Below, piece by piece: positions 25,185-27,579 of a stretch of DNA of 27,579 nucleotides; within the stretch, counting starts at the first letter, position 1; each line of letters opens with the position of its first letter. Source of the DNA: a bacterium (GTDB lineage Bacteria > Babelota > Babeliae > Babelales > JABCYS01). Location: contig DAIDHG010000009.1 in NCBI GenBank assembly GCA_027452085.1, positions 1 through 27,579 on the forward strand, read 5' to 3'. The position numbers and the translations under genes are program-made. The notes beneath the pieces were generated by a model. The model was not told the DNA's origin. It saw nothing but the letters and a program-made list of their open reading frames with translations, and searched no databases.

Positions 25185-27416
25185 ATGTATAAAAGTTTTC
25201 TTACTCTATCCCTTTTGTGTGCCATTGCTTTTCCTGTCGTTGCTAGCGATGATAATACTATGGGGCCAGAAGAGCCCTCAGTTATTGCGCCAGACGCAGA
25301 ATTGGTGATTCTACTAGATGATGAAGCTGTAGGTGATGGTGCCTATCAAAATGAAGAAACCGATGATGAACAATCCAGGGTGCCCAAGACCACCAAGAAT
25401 GCCCTTTTCTATGCCATCGCCGCAGGTGATATCGATGCCGTAAAAGCGGTCATTTCGTATGATGACGAACTGATCAATCGAGGCTATCAGTTTCAAGTGT
25501 CTGATCCGGCATTTCACGGCTTCCATGCTCGCCCAAGCAATGGTGATACACCGCTCATCTATGCAGTAAAAACTTTTATTGATTTACAAAAAGCCTATGA
25601 GTCTCGAAAATTTTCTGATGAATTTACGGTGCAAATGGCCATTGATCATCGCCTGAGTATTGTTTCCGAGCTTCTGTTTCATCCTAAAGCTGCCGTCGGC
25701 GCTGAAAATGCACAAGGGCATACCGCAGCATCACTCGCTGCTCAAGCCGGTCTATCCCGTCTTGCCAATATGATCGCCACTGGTTCTCATGTGGCGCCTA
25801 AGCAAGCTGAGGTGTCCAACTATAAAGCACGATTGGCCAAGCTTGATGTGTCAGATGAAATTAGAAAAAAGATTGCTAGTGAAATCGATCAGTTAGCTCA
25901 AAAGCATCCTGCTGAAAAAAGCATACAAATAAACTACGTAAATGCGCTCCTTGATTTGCCGTGGGATAAGGCGGCCGATACAACGGTGAGTATTCCTGCG
26001 GTTGCTGCATCACTTGATGCAGAGCATTTCGCCTTAAAAAAGGTTAAAGATTCTGTGCTGGATTATTTGGCCGCGTCGGCGGTATCACGAGGCCATGGTA
26101 AAGGTAAAATTATTTGCTTAGTTGGCCCGCCAGGTACGGGCAAAACATCTATTGCCGAATCAATTGCAAAAGGGATGAAGCGCCCGTTTGCGCGCGCAAG
26201 CCTTGGTGGAGCACATGACGAGGCAGTGATTCGTGGTCACAATAAAAGTTATATCAGTGCAAATGTCGGTGAGATTTTGAAAGGTTTGATTCAAGCAAAA
26301 GTTAAAAACCCTGTCTTTTTGCTTGATGAAATAGATAAGGTTGGCACGGGTCATTATAATGGTAACCCGGTTTCTGCGCTGCTCGAAGCGCTTGATCCAG
26401 CGCAAAACAGTTCATTTGTTGATCGGTACATCGAAATTCCTTTTGATCTTTCTCAGGTGATTTTTATTGCCACGGCAAATTCCCGCGATACCATCCCCGT
26501 GCCGTTGCTTGATCGTCTGGAAATTGTTGAAGTGCCTGGCTATTCAATAGAAGAGAAGGTGCGCATTGCCACAGATCATATCATCCCAAAAATGGTAAAA
26601 GATGCCCAATCAGATGAGATGAGCTTTGCCGTTTCTGAAGAGGTGATTCGTGCCATTATTAAAAATTACACATTTGAAGCCGGGGTGCGCAAGCTCACTC
26701 AGCATCTTAAAACACTCTTTGCAAAAACGGCTCGTGAATTTTTAGATAAAAGAACGGTGGCCACCATCACCCCTGAAAATCTTTCCGAGTATCTTGGCCC
26801 CAAAAGAAGATTGGCGCGTGTATCGCAAAAGCCTGCAGTTGGTGTCGTTAACTGTTTATCCGTCAGAGCAGGTTTTGAGGGCGCAACCAGTATTCTGGAA
26901 ATTATTCTTACGCCCGGTAAAGGCGCCTTGAAAGTATCGAAAGTATTGGAAAACGACAGCAACAATGCCGCTGAGATTGCCTTGGCTTATGTGCGCGCAC
27001 ATGCGTCTGAATTAGGCATTTCAGCTGAGCAGTTTGCTAAAAATGACATTCATATACATAAACCTGGCATCGGCCATGTTGATGGCCCATCTGCCGGTAT
27101 AGCCAATGTAACCGCCCTTGTTTCCGTATTTACCAATCGCCCATGCGATCCAGGCTACGCCATGACCGGTGAGTTGAGTCTGAGAGGCCGCGTGATGGCA
27201 ATTGGTGGTTTGAAAGAAAAGATCTTGGCTGCCAAACGTGAAGGCATTTATAAGGTTATTATCCCGCAGGAGAATGAACCCGAGCTCAATGAGTTTAAAT
27301 CGCTCATCGAAGATATGGAGATCATCCCGGTCAGTGATGTGCGCGAAGTATTAGATCGCGTATTGCTGCCGGCAGAAGCTATCACTCGCAAGCCATCGAA
27401 GAAAAAAGGAAATTAA
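25185..27416 (+). CDS. lon: Lon-family ATP-dependent protease with signal peptide and ankyrin-like N-terminal domain
   Basis: LPW, Walker A GPPGTGKTS, Walker B LLDEIDK, ALLEALDPAQN, PLLDRLE, catalytic DGPSAG and IGGLKEK. N-terminus MYKSFLTLSLLCAIAFPVVA followed by ankyrin-like motifs. Confidence 0.92.
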   Translation: MYKSFLTLSLLCAIAFPVVASDDNTMGPEEPSVIAPDAELVILLDDEAVGDGAYQNEETDDEQSRVPKTTKNALFYAIAAGDIDAVKAVISYDDELINRGYQFQVSDPAFHGFHARPSNGDTPLIYAVKTFIDLQKAYESRKFSDEFTVQMAIDHRLSIVSELLFHPKAAVGAENAQGHTAASLAAQAGLSRLANMIATGSHVAPKQAEVSNYKARLAKLDVSDEIRKKIASEIDQLAQKHPAEKSIQINYVNALLDLPWDKAADTTVSIPAVAASLDAEHFALKKVKDSVLDYLAASAVSRGHGKGKIICLVGPPGTGKTSIAESIAKGMKRPFARASLGGAHDEAVIRGHNKSYISANVGEILKGLIQAKVKNPVFLLDEIDKVGTGHYNGNPVSALLEALDPAQNSSFVDRYIEIPFDLSQVIFIATANSRDTIPVPLLDRLEIVEVPGYSIEEKVRIATDHIIPKMVKDAQSDEMSFAVSEEVIRAIIKNYTFEAGVRKLTQHLKTLFAKTAREFLDKRTVATITPENLSEYLGPKRRLARVSQKPAVGVVNCLSVRAGFEGATSILEIILTPGKGALKVSKVLENDSNNAAEIALAYVRAHASELGISAEQFAKNDIHIHKPGIGHVDGPSAGIANVTALVSVFTNRPCDPGYAMTGELSLRGRVMAIGGLKEKILAAKREGIYKVIIPQENEPELNEFKSLIEDMEIIPVSDVREVLDRVLLPAEAITRKPSKKKGN

Positions 27417-27579
27417 TGTTGAAAAAATTAATGCTCATATCATTGGTTGGGGTCGCTGCCCAGGCAGAGGTTCCCCTTGTTTCATCCTTATCTCGTTCAG
27501 GTGATCTAACAGCCACTGAGCAATTGGCCATTGGTATTGTTGCCTCATCACTAGAAAAGGTTGAAAAAGCATTGCACAA
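27416..27579 (+). CDS. Secreted protein, partial (runs off the window)
   Basis: ATG overlaps the lon stop (TAATG) with SD AAGGA. Reads MLKKLMLISLVGVAAQA-EVPLVSSLSRSGDLTATEQLAIGIVASSLEKVEKALH... Confidence 0.7.
   Translation, partial: MLKKLMLISLVGVAAQAEVPLVSSLSRSGDLTATEQLAIGIVASSLEKVEKALH

Noticed and set aside
2492..26965. Numerous 60-160-aa ORFs antisense or out of frame within pgk, the FtsH-like gene, trxB, pepA, gltX, dprA, gyrA and lon
   Set aside because: They overlap well-supported genes entirely and show no recognisable motifs.

Overview
Bacterial chromosomal window, moderately AT-rich, with a 10-N scaffold gap at 20160-20169. Housekeeping genes (pgk, LolC/E-type permease, rpiB, pepA, gltX, YfgM-like TPR protein, rpmF, dprA, gyrA) are mixed with many signal-peptide-bearing proteins of unknown function. 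This style suggests a host-associated bacterium such as Ca. Dependentiae/Babeliae (TM6), which is an inference only. The most unusual items are: (i) remodelled housekeeping enzymes: a Lon protease whose N-domain is replaced by a signal peptide plus ankyrin-like repeats, an FtsH-like AAA+ protein lacking the HEXXH zinc site, and a thioredoxin reductase-thioredoxin fusion with an N-terminal hydrophobic leader; (ii) four tandem small secreted Tyr/Gly/His/Cys-rich proteins with aromatic C-termini; (iii) three 25-bp direct repeats with an exact 33-bp period in front of an AAA_14/DUF4143-type ATPase-nuclease gene; (iv) an IS701-like element with terminal inverted repeats, an RBS-sequestering hairpin and non-matching flanks, truncating a frameshifted vapC; (v) a 63-bp hairpin element in frame within gltX; (vi) GyrA with Gln/Asn at the E. 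coli 83/87 quinolone positions.
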